From positions 1,302,001 through 1,366,000 of the forward strand of contig MU057711.1 in the NCBI GenBank assembly GCA_013265495.1: a stretch of DNA of 64,000 bases, given 5' to 3'. Source of the stretch: Vicugna vicugna. Lineage: Eukaryota. The notes beneath the pieces are model-generated. The model saw only the letters and a list, made by a program, of their open reading frames with translations, had not been told where the DNA came from and made no database searches. The position numbers and the translations under genes were made by a program. Below are positions 13,780 through 24,753 of the stretch, piece after piece; position 1 is the first letter of the stretch; each line of letters opens with the position of its first letter.

Positions 13780-13957
13780 CGGGAGTGAACCGCTCAGGCC
13801 TCTGGTTCTGTCGCTGTGTGAACTCAGGCTTGTGACTGAATCTCTGAACTTCACCTGCCCCTCCCCCGTGAAACAGGGACACGTGGGCATTAAAGGTGGT
13901 ATCACAGATGACATGATGAGCACACTGTGCCTGCCAAACAGTGAGGACTCGGTAAAG
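13780..13957 (+). mobile_element. MIR SINE (degenerate)
   Basis: gctgtgtgaactcagg..tctctgaacttca..actgtgcctgccaaacagtgaggactcggtaaa. Confidence 0.5.
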
Positions 13958-14859
13958 AGGATATGTTGCATACCCATCCTGGCTGATTGCTGGGATCTGA
14001 ATTCCCCTCAAAGCATCCCACTTTTAAGGGAAGAGGGTACCACTGGAGTCAAGATGAGCTCTACCTGCTGCACACCTGCCTCACCTGTTTGGCTTGCTTC
14101 CCTCTTGCCTGTTCTTCATTCTCCAATACCCTGCACACATCAGTGGCCTTTGCTGGTAGGGGAGATCATGCTGCTTCTCTGGCCTCCTTTCAGGATAAGA
14201 CTGTAGGGAGATATAAATGGGAGTTTTTGCCTTCCCCAGCTTTGCTCTATAGGACTTGGCCCAACCTGGAACTGATCATGTGAGTCGACACTGGATGTCA
14301 CTGGAGGACATTGATGTTTGGGGAAGTTTCTCTGGAGCCCAGAAGTTGGGAGACCCCCTTGACCCTGAAGGAGATTTTCAAAAGCTGATTGTCCAGGTCA
14401 ATCTTAGGCTCACTGTGGAAGGACCGTGTGGACCTGACACCAGTTTGTGCCCCGGTGCCCTCCCCACCCTCCCTGCATCTGGAGCCTCTGACCCTGATGA
14501 TAGTACTCTCTCCTTTGCAGCACACGTGTCTGGTTTGTTTCCACCCTCCCACCAGGCCAGGGGCATCCTGAGAGCTAGGACCGCCGATCTGCCATCTTTC
14601 TCCTCCCAGCATACAGCTCAGCAGTTGGTCTCTGGAAGCAGCAGGGAAGAATGAGTTCCTCTGAATCCTGAACTCACAGCTACTTTGTGCAAAGGCAAGC
14701 AGTGCTTCTGCCCACCCACACGCACCTGCAGACATGTGTCCTTCCAAGGGAGGTTTAGCAAATGGGCTTTGTTCTTGGGTGCAGAGCAAGTGAGTGGCAT
14801 CCTGTCTGAGTGGCTTTCCCGCTCCCTCTGCCTCTGAGTGTCTGAGCAAGATGCTCTGC

Positions 14860-15340
14860 TTTTGATTGTTACTCTTTGAACAGCATGTTATTGTCACGCT
14901 TCAGCCTCTTTTTAATAAAGAGAAACGAGGAGGGGGTTTTGTACGTGCAAAATTTACACAAACCACAACCGCTCTTCTTTGATCCATTCTGGACTCTGAT
15001 CCGTGCCGGCCTTTTTTATTTTCCCACTGCGAGTGTACAGCTCAGGAAGGATTACGGAGGAAGAAAACCGCTTACCGCTTCCCATTTGATTAACACAATT
15101 TAATGCAGCAATAATGCCGCGGAAGTTCATTACTTGGGAAAGGCTCTGATGCGGCTGCCCACGGTGTCTGGGGACTGGGTCTTTTTATTTAAAACGCAAT
15201 CAAGCACCTACGGTGAGAGGATCTGTGAAATCTTGCTGGGGAAGGTGGAATTTCCATTTAGTGTAGAGGGACAAAAATCCCTTCTGTTTGTACAGCTTTT
15301 TGACAGTTTGTCAATTCTGTCTACAAATATTTAGTGTGGC
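14860..15340. promoter_or_regulatory. Candidate conserved non-coding element / enhancer
   Basis: Unique sequence with many retained CpGs in AT-rich context and clustered TAAT/TGATTAA motifs; conservation not tested. Confidence 0.4.
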
Positions 15341-15379
15341 TTATTAAGTTCAAAACATTGAGAAGAGAAAAAGAGCAAA

Positions 15380-15700
15380 GGATCCTACCCTCATGGTGCT
15401 TCCAGCCTAGGAGGGAAGGGGGAAGCTATCCAAAGTGAGCGTGTTGGTGAAGGACGAGGAGGGCGGGGAGTGTGAGCGCAGGTAACACAGTAACATGGCA
15501 CCTGTCTGGGCAATCAAGGAAGACCACCTGGAGGAGGTGACATATGATACCAGATCAGAAGCATGAGTAAGAGCTGATTTAGAATAGGTGACCAGGAGAG
15601 GCACAGAGTTTTTGAGACTAGGAAACAGACTGTGTAAACTTAGGATCAGGCAGCAGCAGCCTGAGATGGGAACAAAGCTGTGACAGTGGTTCACAGGCCA
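15380..15700 (-). mobile_element. L2 fragment
   Basis: cctaccctcatggtgcttccagcctag..aatcaaggaagaccacctggaggaggtgacat. Confidence 0.55.
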
Positions 15701-15894
15701 CTGTATCTGGGCAGGTGGAGGATAGGTGACAGAAGGGGGAGGGGGATGGAGAAGAGTCGACTGATGCACCCCAGTCTCCCCGCTTCCAGCCCAGCTGTAG
15801 CCTGGTGCGGAGGATGGAGGGTCACCCTTACAGTCAAAGAATGATTAGAAACTCATGGCCTCATTTCAGAAGACCCCGACCCCTCAACGCCAGT

Positions 15895-16060
15895 GGCCTA
15901 GAAGGAGCAGGCTCCAGGCTCAACCTCATGTCTTCTCAGATATGTGGCCTTGGCTGTGTCATCCGGCTCACCTGTGCCTCCGTTTCTGATCTGCAAAATG
16001 TGGTCACCGTGGTCGCTCTGTGCTTGCCTTACAGAGCTGTTGGATAAAAGCAATGAAACA
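15895..16060 (+). mobile_element. MIR SINE
   Basis: atgtggccttggc..ctgtgcctccgtttctgatctgcaaaatg..agagctgttggataaaagcaatga. Confidence 0.6.
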
Positions 16061-16263
16061 GGAGACTCCAGCAATTTCAAGACATTCTCAGAATTTCAGG
16101 GCTCCTGGCATCAGCCACTAACAGGACACAGAACACGGCGGGGTGCGCGCTGGGTGGACCAGAGGAAGGAGCTGTGAGTTGCACTGAGATTGGGAAGATT
16201 CTTCCCAACTTTAAGCAATCAGGCTGAGGTCTGGTGAGGAACGGGCTTTCTGAAACAATCTTT

Positions 16264-16580
16264 GTGTCAGTCGTGAGCAGGTGAGTTATGCTGCAGTAAA
16301 TACAACCCCCAAAGTCCCAGACTTAGTACAGCAAATGTTATTTCTGATTCACACAAAGCTGCCCTCGGTCTGGGCAACCATCCAGGGCACTGGTCTTGGG
16401 GGCTGTGAGTTGGCGACTCAGGCTGAGGGAGCCTCGCCCATGGCCACGTGGTCATGGTGGAGACTGCACACCAGCTCCTAATTGCTTCCCCAGGAAGGGA
16501 CCTGTGATGCCTCTGCTCTTGTTCCAGTGGCCAAAGCAGGTCACGTGGCCACACCTCACCTCAGGGCTGTGCAGCCCCAC
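16264..16580 (-). mobile_element. MaLR LTR (MLT1I/J-like)
   Basis: gttatgctgcagtaaatacaacccccaaa..ttatttctgattcacac..ccagtggccaaagcaggtcacgtggccacacct. Confidence 0.65.
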
Positions 16581-16659
16581 GCCTCTTTGTCCCAAGAGCC
16601 TTGTCAGCTACTGCCCTCCACACCCTGCTGTGGGCATCCTGCTTCCCCTCAGCCCACTC

Positions 16660-16875
16660 TCCTTCTTTTGCACCATTGGCATTTATTACCTATGACACAC
16701 AGTAGTTTGTTTCTCAAGCCGATTGTTTCTTTCCTGCCTCCCCCCTCCCCACCACCCCACCTAGAGTCTGGATGCCACAGGGCAGGGGTCTTGCTCTGTT
16801 TCATTCATGGTGTCTCCCAGATGTCCAGAATGGTGCTTGGCACATACCAGGTGCTCAGTAAGTATTTGTGAATGT
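16660..16875 (+). mobile_element. L2 3' end
   Basis: ccacagggcaggggtcttg..tagaatggtgcttggcacataccaggtgctcagtaagtatttgtgaatg-like terminus. Confidence 0.75.
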
Positions 16876-18019
16876 CCAGAGGGACTGCCCAGCCACATCT
16901 GAGTTCTCCCGGGTGTCTGTGGCCCCGAGAGTGGAAACTTCTTTTCTGGATTATCACATTCATTCAGGGGAACTTAATCCTCCAAAAATGTGGCATCGCT
17001 TGGTCAGCTTCTCCGCCTATCAGGATGTTAATAATAAATAAAAATAACCAATTGAGGTCCAGAGAGGGGAAGGGCATGGTTTCAGGGGGCTGCCGTGAAG
17101 AGCGGAGGCGAGTGGGGGAAAGAGGAGAATGAAGATGGCAGTGGGGTGAGAGAGCCGCATCTTCACCCCCTGGGCCCCCACGAGAGGGAGAGAAGGACCC
17201 ACTCTCTCTCATGTTCCCTGAACAGTGATGGTGGAGGCTGTCTTGAGCAAAAACACATTGTCCTGATTGGTGAATCTGGACCAGGGAATTCAAATAGAGG
17301 CTGGAGAGGAGTCAGACACACGGGGCCCCTGGGCCTGACTCTGTGGCCCTAGAGGGAGGAGACCCAATGGGGAGGCCGGTAGAGGTTTCCTCCTGGCTTC
17401 CTAGCTGCCCTCGTATCCTGCAGGTACTGTCACTCGCAACCTCAGGAGGGCACTTCACTTCCTTCTGGCAGGCAGAAGACACGCCTGTGATTAGCCTCTG
17501 CTGTTGGGGAGGAGAAACCTGTGTGAGCCAAGGGAACAGGGTGCATTGGGGAGGGCCTCTTCTAACTGGTGGAAAGCCTGGACTGCCTGTTGAGCCACTG
17601 GGTCACGCTGGGTGACGGGGACTCTGTGCTGACAAGCCCTTCGTCCACGGGTAGTTCTGCCTGCTAGGTCTCTAATAAACTCTTCACCACAGCTGCTCAC
17701 ACCTGAGGACCTTTACCCTCTGCAGGGGCCTCCCTGCGTCCCAGCTATTTCTTTGTGGCCTGGAGAATTCGGGCCAGCAGGCAAGGACCCACTGCGATTT
17801 GATCCGCATTGGAGACGTAGGAGGACACCACCCTGCTGCCGTCTCCCTTGGGATAATAGGAATGTTTGCTTACATCTGGGGTCTGCTCAGTTCCTCCCCT
17901 GTTCCTCTGCAGTGGTGATTATAGTCTCACATCTTTTTTTTTTTTTTTGATGTTTCATCTGTGATGGTGGAGGAGCCAGGTGGGCTTGTGATTTTGACCT
18001 GGGAGGCATGTGAGGAAGT

Positions 18020-18255
18020 GGTAATAACGAGGTAGCTTATGTTGTGTGATGATCTGACCTTTCCAATGGGCCTCCACGTATCTGTTTTATCCTCACAGCT
18101 TCCCCGCCAGGAGAGCTGGACAAGGAGGATTGTCTTCTTATTTGCAGATGGAGCTGTTCAGGCTCAGAGAGGAGCAGGGACTTGCCTCAGGATCTGGAGT
18201 GAGTTACAGGCAGACTTAGTGAGAATCCAGCTGGCCTGGGTTGTCTTTTCCTGAT
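18020..18255 (-). mobile_element. MIR SINE
   Basis: ttatcctcacagc..atttgcagatggagctgttcaggctcagagagg..acttgcctcaggatc. Confidence 0.6.
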
Positions 18256-18289
18256 TTGAATTTAAAACAAGGCTTAGAGTGTAGCATCA

Positions 18290-18385
18290 TCACTCTCTCC
18301 CTGCCTCTCCCTCTCTCTTTCTCTCCCTTACTCCCTTCCCCTCCTCGTCCTCCTTCTCCCCTTCCTCTTCCTTTTTCTTTCCTGT
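18290..18385. repeat. CT-rich low-complexity polypyrimidine tract
   Basis: Direct reading. Confidence 0.85.
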
Positions 18386-18439
18386 TGGGACTTGGGGGGA
18401 TCCAAATTCACTGCCATAGCTATCTACCACTTTTCTTTC

Positions 18440-18790
18440 TTTCCAAATGATTTCAATAACTTTGGATACAATGCACCACAGGCTTTCTCTTGCACAGGAA
18501 CAAAAGGTGAAATGTTAATACGATTTTATCTGGGCTCAGATTGCATAAGGAAGACCTTTTGTTTCCTACCTTTCATCCTCAAGTCGACACTCGGTAATTA
18601 AATCAAGCCTGTGGAAAGTGACCTTTGGGGGGAGGGGACTCCTGAGAATAGAATACGTTTTAATCAAATATGGGCAATAAATAAATAAGATATAAAAGGC
18701 CCATTAGATGAAAGAAGCCCCCCGAAAACTTCTAGAAGAGAGCTTTGGATGGAAAGGTAATTTGCTTTTCCCTTTAGGTGAAAGTGCATA
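18440..18790. promoter_or_regulatory. Candidate enhancer-like unique block
   Basis: taattaaatcaa, tttaatcaaa, caataaataaa, tgacctttg, cccattag motifs in non-repetitive DNA. Confidence 0.35.
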
Positions 18791-18964
18791 CTTAGAAAAT
18801 GAGCCCCTGGGGCCCTGAGAACGGGGCCACTTGGACAAAATCATTTACCACCCCCAACCGAGACATCCTTAGGAAGGGGGAGAGCACCCTGCTGATCCTG
18901 CAACCACAGACCACCTGCAATTAGTGTGAGGGGTTGTCAGCTTTCTCTGCGCTTATGCCTCACC

Positions 18965-18983
18965 TGGCCACGAGGGGGCGCAG
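18965..18983 (+). promoter_or_regulatory. CTCF binding motif
   Basis: TGGCCACGAGGGGGCGCAG closely matches the CTCF core consensus TGGCCACCAGGGGGCGCTA and keeps two CpGs. Confidence 0.65.
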
Positions 18984-19229
18984 AACAGTCACTTTCCTCT
19001 GCGTGGAGAGGCAAACCTGTGCGGGCTCACCTCTCCGCCAGGTGTGGCTGATGACTTGACCCGCTGGGCTTGAGGGCCCTTGAAAGGGATCTGAACACCC
19101 ACCTGCTCGCCCGGGAGGCAGGTTCACCCCTAGTCTGAAAATCCTTTATGCAAGGAACAAGACAGGCCCCCGCTGTCCAGGGAAGAAATGTAGTGGGAGC
19201 ATGGTGGTGAGGATCAGTGTGTGGTTTTA

Positions 19230-19370
19230 AGTGAGCTACTTAGCCTTTTGAATCTCAGCTTATCTATAAAATGGGGAGATAGTCTTAGAGGGTTGTCAAG
19301 AGGAGTGAATGGAATTACAAATATAATACATTGGGTGTGAGAGGGATGGGTGCTCATGCAGCGTGGTTAT
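19230..19370 (+). mobile_element. MIR fragment
   Basis: gagctacttagcc..tctcagct..tctataaaatgggga..agggttgtcaagagga. Confidence 0.55.
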
Positions 19371-19553
19371 TAGGATGCCTCTGCCCCTCCCCCACCCCAC
19401 CATCCCTAAAATGTGCTGCCTGCAGGGAATTCAGGTGTATCTCACTGCTTCTTTTCCTTTGTGTCTTTTTTTAACAGAAAGTTATAGTTAAATATATGGT
19501 AAATCTTTTGAGTGAAGTTGCCTTTGAAAATAAATTATATGTATTCATGAAAC

Positions 19554-19684
19554 TTTTTTCCCTTTTGGGGGGGTAATTAGGTTTATTTATTTATTTATTT
19601 TTATTAATGCAGGTCCTGGGGATTGAACCAGGACCTCGTGCATGCTAAGCACACCCTCTACCATTGAGCTATGTCCTCCTCGCC
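19554..19684 (-). mobile_element. tRNA-derived SINE of camelid type
   Basis: Reverse strand reads atagctcaatggtagagggtgtgcttagcatgcacgaggtcctggttcaatcccc (A and B boxes), then a (TAAA)n/A-rich tail. Confidence 0.85.
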
Positions 19685-19689
19685 TCATG

Positions 19690-19795
19690 TAATTATTGAG
19701 CGCCTATTGTATGTCAGGTACTGTTGAAGGTGTTGGACATAAAATGGGGATCAAAAAGCAGACCCATCAGGTACTGTCACAGAGTTTCCAATCCA
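19690..19795 (-). mobile_element. L2 3' end
   Basis: tattgagcgcctattgtatgtcaggtactgttgaaggtgttgg. Confidence 0.65.
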
Positions 19796-19798
19796 GAC

Positions 19799-20004
19799 CA
19801 GTGCTGTCGGATAGAACTTTCTGTGATGATAGAAATAATTCATATCTGGGCTGTCCAAAATGGTAGCCACTAGTCACACGTGGCTCTTGAGTACCTGGAA
19901 TGTGGCTAGGGACAGGAAGTGAAAATTAAATTACACTGTATTTAATTTTAATAGATTTAAGTTAAAACAGCCATACGTGACTGGTGGCTACCCTAGTAGT
20001 GCAG
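19799..20004 (+). mobile_element. MER3 (hAT-Charlie) DNA transposon
   Basis: cagtgctgtcggatagaactttctgtgatgatagaaa..gtagccactagtcacacgtggc..ctggtggctacc; flanks atccagac/gtctagag fit the hAT NTCTAGAN target. Confidence 0.85.
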
Positions 20005-20274
20005 GTCTAGAGGATAAATGTGAAAATGTTCAGCACAGGGCCTGGCACACAGTCGGTACTCAGTAAGTGCACATTTCCTTTCCTTCCCTCCACTGTGTGG
20101 CACCTGGTATCTTGTGTGTAACTTCTCTGCTACTATTACAGCTTCTTGGGGTTGAGTGAGGTCATCCAAATAGACTCTAGGAAGGCAGGCATCAGTTCAG
20201 ACTATTGTACTTATGCCTCACAGTATTTTGCACAGTAAGTGCTCTTTAAATGCTTATTAAGTTAAAGAGACACT

Positions 20275-20500
20275 ATGAGGTAGGGAAGGGAACATGCTTT
20301 GGAGCCGAATGGAAATGGTTTTCAATCTTGGCTCCATCACTCACCAGCTCAGTATGGGAGCAAGTCACTGAACCTCTCTGGGTCTCAGCTTTCTCTTCTG
20401 TTAATTGGGGTGATGATGGCTACTTCACAGGGTAGGTGGGAAGACAGATGAGATCATATAAGAAATGAGACCAGCATAGGCCATGCTGTACATGGTCGTC
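20275..20500 (+). mobile_element. MIR SINE
   Basis: gctttggagcc..ttcaatcttggctccatcactcaccagct..gcaagtcactgaacctctctgggtctcagctttctc. Confidence 0.75.
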
Positions 20501-20539
20501 AAAAATGAGAAATCCACCTGGAAGCCAAATACGGTCAAC

Positions 20540-21003
20540 CCTCAACAATGCTTCTTCTCTGGATATTCCCAGCCTGCAGTGAGACTCTGTTGTCCTGGTC
20601 TTGTTAATTGGACTAGGGGTAAGCGTCCAATTCCAGATAAGCCAATCATGTTTCTTATCCAGGATTTAATGGTAGTTCAGCCTTTCTCTGGTGGTGGATG
20701 CTTAAGAGAAGTGAATCTGGAAGCTATCCGCACAGACCCCACCCTTCCCAGGTGAAGGGAGCAAGAAACAATCAAGTCAACACATTTAAAGAGAAACGGA
20801 AACAAAAAGTGGGCAAAGAGAGAGAACCAGTGAGGTAGCCCTGGGGATGTTCACACCCTGATCCAGCTGGCCCTGAGACCCAGCTGAAGCCCTAGTGCTC
20901 CAGGGCTACACAAGGCTATTCTCCGTCCTTCTCAAACACCCTGCCTGAGCAGATCCAGGCTAGGTTTCTCTCCCCTGCAACAAAACAAGTTCTAATTAAA
21001 ACA
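20540..21003 (+). mobile_element. Old MaLR LTR (MLT1K/L-like)
   Basis: Ends ggtttctctcccctgcaacaaaacaagttctaattaaaaca, like MLT1 3' termini. Confidence 0.5.
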
Positions 21004-21264
21004 GCGATTAGTCCGACACTGTCGCTGCCTCCTGCTCATCTGCATCCCATCTGAACGTTGCCTTAACTTTGTCCTCACTCTCTACTTACATCTGCTGTGG
21101 GATAGCTCAGAACCTGGAGTGGTTTGGAGTTCTGTGGAATGCTAAGTCCCTGGGAGTTAATTAGTGCACTTGGAATAGTTTCCTATAATGTTCATGTGAC
21201 GTTGCCTCAGGACAATTTAGTAGCAAAAGAGCAAATGCAGGTGTCTCTGAAGTGGTCCAACGTG

Positions 21265-21440
21265 TGGAGCAGAGGGTGTTCTGAATTGGGAGCCAGGAGA
21301 CTCAGGTTCAAGTCCTTGCCTGGCTGTTCACTAATGTGAACTTGGCAAGTCAGGGCCAGAGCCTCGGTTTCCTCATTGGTAAAATGGGGATGATTACATA
21401 TGTCATGCCTGTCTCATGGGGGCTGCGTGTTTGGATGAAA
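21265..21440 (+). mobile_element. MIR SINE
   Basis: ggagccaggagactcaggttcaagtcc..gagcctcggtttcctcattggtaaaatggggatga. Confidence 0.75.
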
Positions 21441-21989
21441 GAATTCAGGAATGGTTGGTACCCTGAGTCTGGCACTGCATGTTGATGCCGAGTGCTTTGA
21501 GAATATATGCCCTTGTCCATCTTCATCCCGGCTCCTTGAGGAAGAACTGGGAGGCACGTCTAGGGAAGGAGGACATTTCCTGCCTGCCTTTCTGGGGATG
21601 CCTGATGGTTCAAGGAAACAGTGGATCCATAGCAGTCTCCTACTTACGTGAGAACTTGGCAGTTATCCCCTGAGAGTTCACAGCACCTGCACATTTCTCA
21701 GCTCACACCTCAGGCTCACCTTACATCAGATGAGCATCCCATGTGGATAGTCACCTCCCATCTTTCCTTCCTGTTGAGCATTAAGTCCTCCTTCCCTTTC
21801 TGGGGCTCCAGAATCAGCAGGCTTACTTCTCCCACTGTCCTACCAGCTTCCCAACTGGCCAAAGCCGAGGGCATTGTTGCCTTTGACATCATGCTGTCCT
21901 GACTGTATGAATTCACAGTTTCTGGAGCCCTTCTTTCAGAATTCATATCCACCGCCGTCTTGCTCCAGGTGCAGGGGAAGCCACCTGAA

Positions 21990-22180
21990 CTGGGAGCCGG
22001 CAGCTGCGCCTTGTCCTGGTCCTAGACCTCGGGCAGGTCACATCTCACACTTTGTTCCTCAGAGTCCCCATCTATAAAACCAGATAAAAATACCTGCCCT
22101 CCTACCCTCACAGATAGAAAATTAGATTAGAGATGTGAGACGCAGCAAAGCACTATGTGACTGCAAGGTGCTAGTGTCAT
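21990..22180 (+). mobile_element. MIR SINE
   Basis: gacctcgggcaggtcacat..cctcag..ccccatctataaaac..aatacctgccct-like core. Confidence 0.55.
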
Positions 22181-22420
22181 TTTTTATACAACCTTAAACA
22201 TCTTATTACAAAAGTGATATCTGCTCATTGAGGAAAACTTGGCAAACGTAGATAAGAAAATGAGGAAAATAAAAATAGTCCATAACTGCATCACCTAGAA
22301 AGAATTGCTATAAATAATTTAGCGATATCATTGTAAGATCTACATCTCTCTACTTGAAATGGGACCACACTGTGCTATTTTGCAATTTGATGTTTTACAT
22401 CATAACGTGTAATCCTTGGA
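22181..22420 (-). mobile_element. L1ME-like 3' fragment
   Basis: ttattacaaaagtgatatctgctcattgaggaaaacttggcaaac..catcacctagaaagaattgctat. Confidence 0.55.
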
Positions 22421-23171
22421 TGTATGCTTTACCAGAGATTAAACTTGCGGGATTTCCTCCTTCTATTTAGAGCCAGCAAACCACCTTGCAATTGTTAAAG
22501 GTCACACTCTCCTCTCCCCCTCCGCCTCCAAAGAGTAGGTATAGATGGCTTGGATTCAACTGGGAGCCTCCTTCAGGAGGAAAGGCTGTGGTCCAGGGTC
22601 TGTGGAAGGAGGGTTATGTAGTCAGACCCTTGATGCTTTGAGAGTAAAGAGGGAAACAGGCTTGTCCCAGAGGAGAGGATTCCTGGGAGGTAGTGAAAGG
22701 TGGCTCTGGTCCTAAGAGGTGGTAAGAAATGGATGCAGGGCTGACCCAGGGTCGCAGGAGCTGCCTGAGGCTCTGGAGGTGGTAGGCTGGGGAGAGATAT
22801 GAGCTGCATTCTTGCATACCTAATTCTAGGGAGCGCTGGACCAAGCTTGTCACCAAAGGAGTGACACTGCTGCCCTTCTGCCCCAAACAAGAGCGCCTCT
22901 ACAGGGATCTAGATGGGGGGCGGTTCTGCAGCAGGCAGCCAGCATCCTGGACGTGAGGTGCCCTCAGTGTATTGGTGGATGGTCCACAGCAGAGGGGGAC
23001 TGATCCATCTCTAGTGGAGAACTGGGTGGACCATCTACTCCCCCTAGGATTTCTAGGAAAAGCCACGATTGGGAGAGGCCTTTAGAGGGAGATTTTAACT
23101 GTTCTCCTAATTACAGAGGTGAAGGGGATTGAGAAACTAATTAGAAAGATGAAAGGGCTGTAACTATTGAC

Positions 23172-23362
23172 AGTGGGTTGATATGTTCACCTGAAACCTG
23201 TGAATGTGGTATTATTTGGGAAAAGGGTCTTTGCAGAAGTAATTCAGTGAAAGGCTGTGGGATGATGTCCTTCTAGATTTAGGGTGAGCCCTACATGCAA
23301 TGACAGGTAGCCTTATAAGAGAAAGGCAGAGGGATAACTGAGACACGAGGAGAGAAGGGACT
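23172..23362 (+). mobile_element. MaLR LTR 5' part (MLT1C/D-like)
   Basis: aacctgtgaatgtggtattatttgggaaaagggtctttgcagaagtaatt..ccttataagagaaaggcagaggga. Confidence 0.75.
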
Positions 23363-23654
23363 CCCTCTCTAGTGACCTCTATGGACAGAACTCAACAGGA
23401 GGGGTGTAGTTTGGAGAGTCAGAGCCCCAGCATCACGGAAGGGAGTACAGAAGCATAGATTTGGAGCTGGGACTTAGCAGGTGTGTAATGGGGCAAAAAA
23501 GCTGTGGCTCCATTGGCATCCAGTCTTGATTTTACAGTGTCCTGTGGACCCTGGGAACCCCAATGATGCTCCCAGTGAATCTATTTTTGCTCAGGCAGGC
23601 AGAGTTGTTTTCTGTTGCTTGCAACCAAGAAACCTAGCAGGTGCAGATGTTAGT

Positions 23655-23820
23655 TTGTGTAATCCTCATACAGCTCTGTAAAGAAAGTCAATAGAAAGTA
23701 TGATACCCATTTTACAGATGAGGAAAAAATGAGGCTTGATGCAATTGTCTCCTATTCAAACCTGGTGAGTGACAGTGCTAGGACTAGAAACTGGGTCTGC
23801 TTAATCCAAAATCTTTCCCT
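23655..23820 (-). mobile_element. MIR SINE
   Basis: taatcctcatacagctctgt..cccattttacagatgaggaaaaaatgaggctt..gtgagtgacagtgctaggactagaa. Confidence 0.75.
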
Positions 23821-24753
23821 CTCATTTTGCTTCTCACCTGACCTGCTAGGGGAAGAAGGTAAAAGAAACCCTGAATCTCCCAGGCTGGTGATGCTCTCTC
23901 CACTTCCTGCAGAAAAGAAACAAAAGCTCAATGGATATTCTTTATAGTCAGCCAGAGCGGTGAGTCCGTTTAAGCAAAGTGTCAGTTTGCCCATTACCTT
24001 GATGGAAGAGAATTGAGTGTAACAACTTTAAGTTGTTTGGAGAGGTGGCAATTGAAAAGAAACAAGTGGCCTTTAAATTTCTTCCCAGAATGACTTTGAG
24101 AGGAGTCAGAGACAGAGAATGTTACTTTCTCTCTAAACCTTCTCCCCTCTCCTCCAGTAATCTCTCAAGTGTCACAATAAGCCCTGGGACAGTCTGCTCC
24201 GGGGAGGGACCTCTCCTGCAGTTGCCAGGAGAGGCAGGGCTTCAGTCCCTGAAATAAGTCTTTTTAGGCATTGTGAAAGTTGACCATAAAGACACATTGT
24301 AGGGTAAGGTGCCTGAAAGAAATCTGAAATGGAATAAAAATCTCTTCGAGGTTTAGAAAATAAAAATGACTGAGACACTGTTCTATTGATTTTCTTTCCC
24401 TGGGCTCACACCACTAGGTGAATAAATTATTCTTGGAGGTTTTGTACAAATTACTCAATAAAGTCACCAGCAATGTGTCTGGTAAATGTGGTCTGCTTTG
24501 ATTTCAAGTCCACTCAGCAGCCTATGGGAGGAAGTGCTAAGAGCAAGGAGACCTGGTGGCCCATGGAATTCAACTCTCTCTCTTCACAGGTATGAATAAC
24601 AGGAGGGGTGGGGGCACAGCGATCGGGAGATCTGGGTGACAGGGAGTATAGAGTGAGCTGGTAACAGAGTTGGGATTAGAACTCAGAGCACTGGACTGCA
24701 CCACGCCATCTCCGAATTTGAAAGCAGATGAGGTAAGAGCCTTGGGAGGTTCC

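Noticed and set aside
13646..14206. 186-aa ORF
   Set aside because: Overlaps a MIR, non-ATG start, no recognisable domain or exon structure.
14298..14897. 199-aa ORF on minus strand (longest in the track)
   Set aside because: No recognisable homology, and overlapping ORFs in several frames are typical of chance ORFs in GC-richer DNA.
18758..18800. Splice-acceptor-like taatttgcttttcctttag
   Set aside because: No matching donor or open exon could be supported, and such motifs are common by chance.
19600..19684. Possible tRNA gene (also 54865-54940)
   Set aside because: Degenerate cloverleaf, A-rich tail and TSD-like flanks indicate a SINE.
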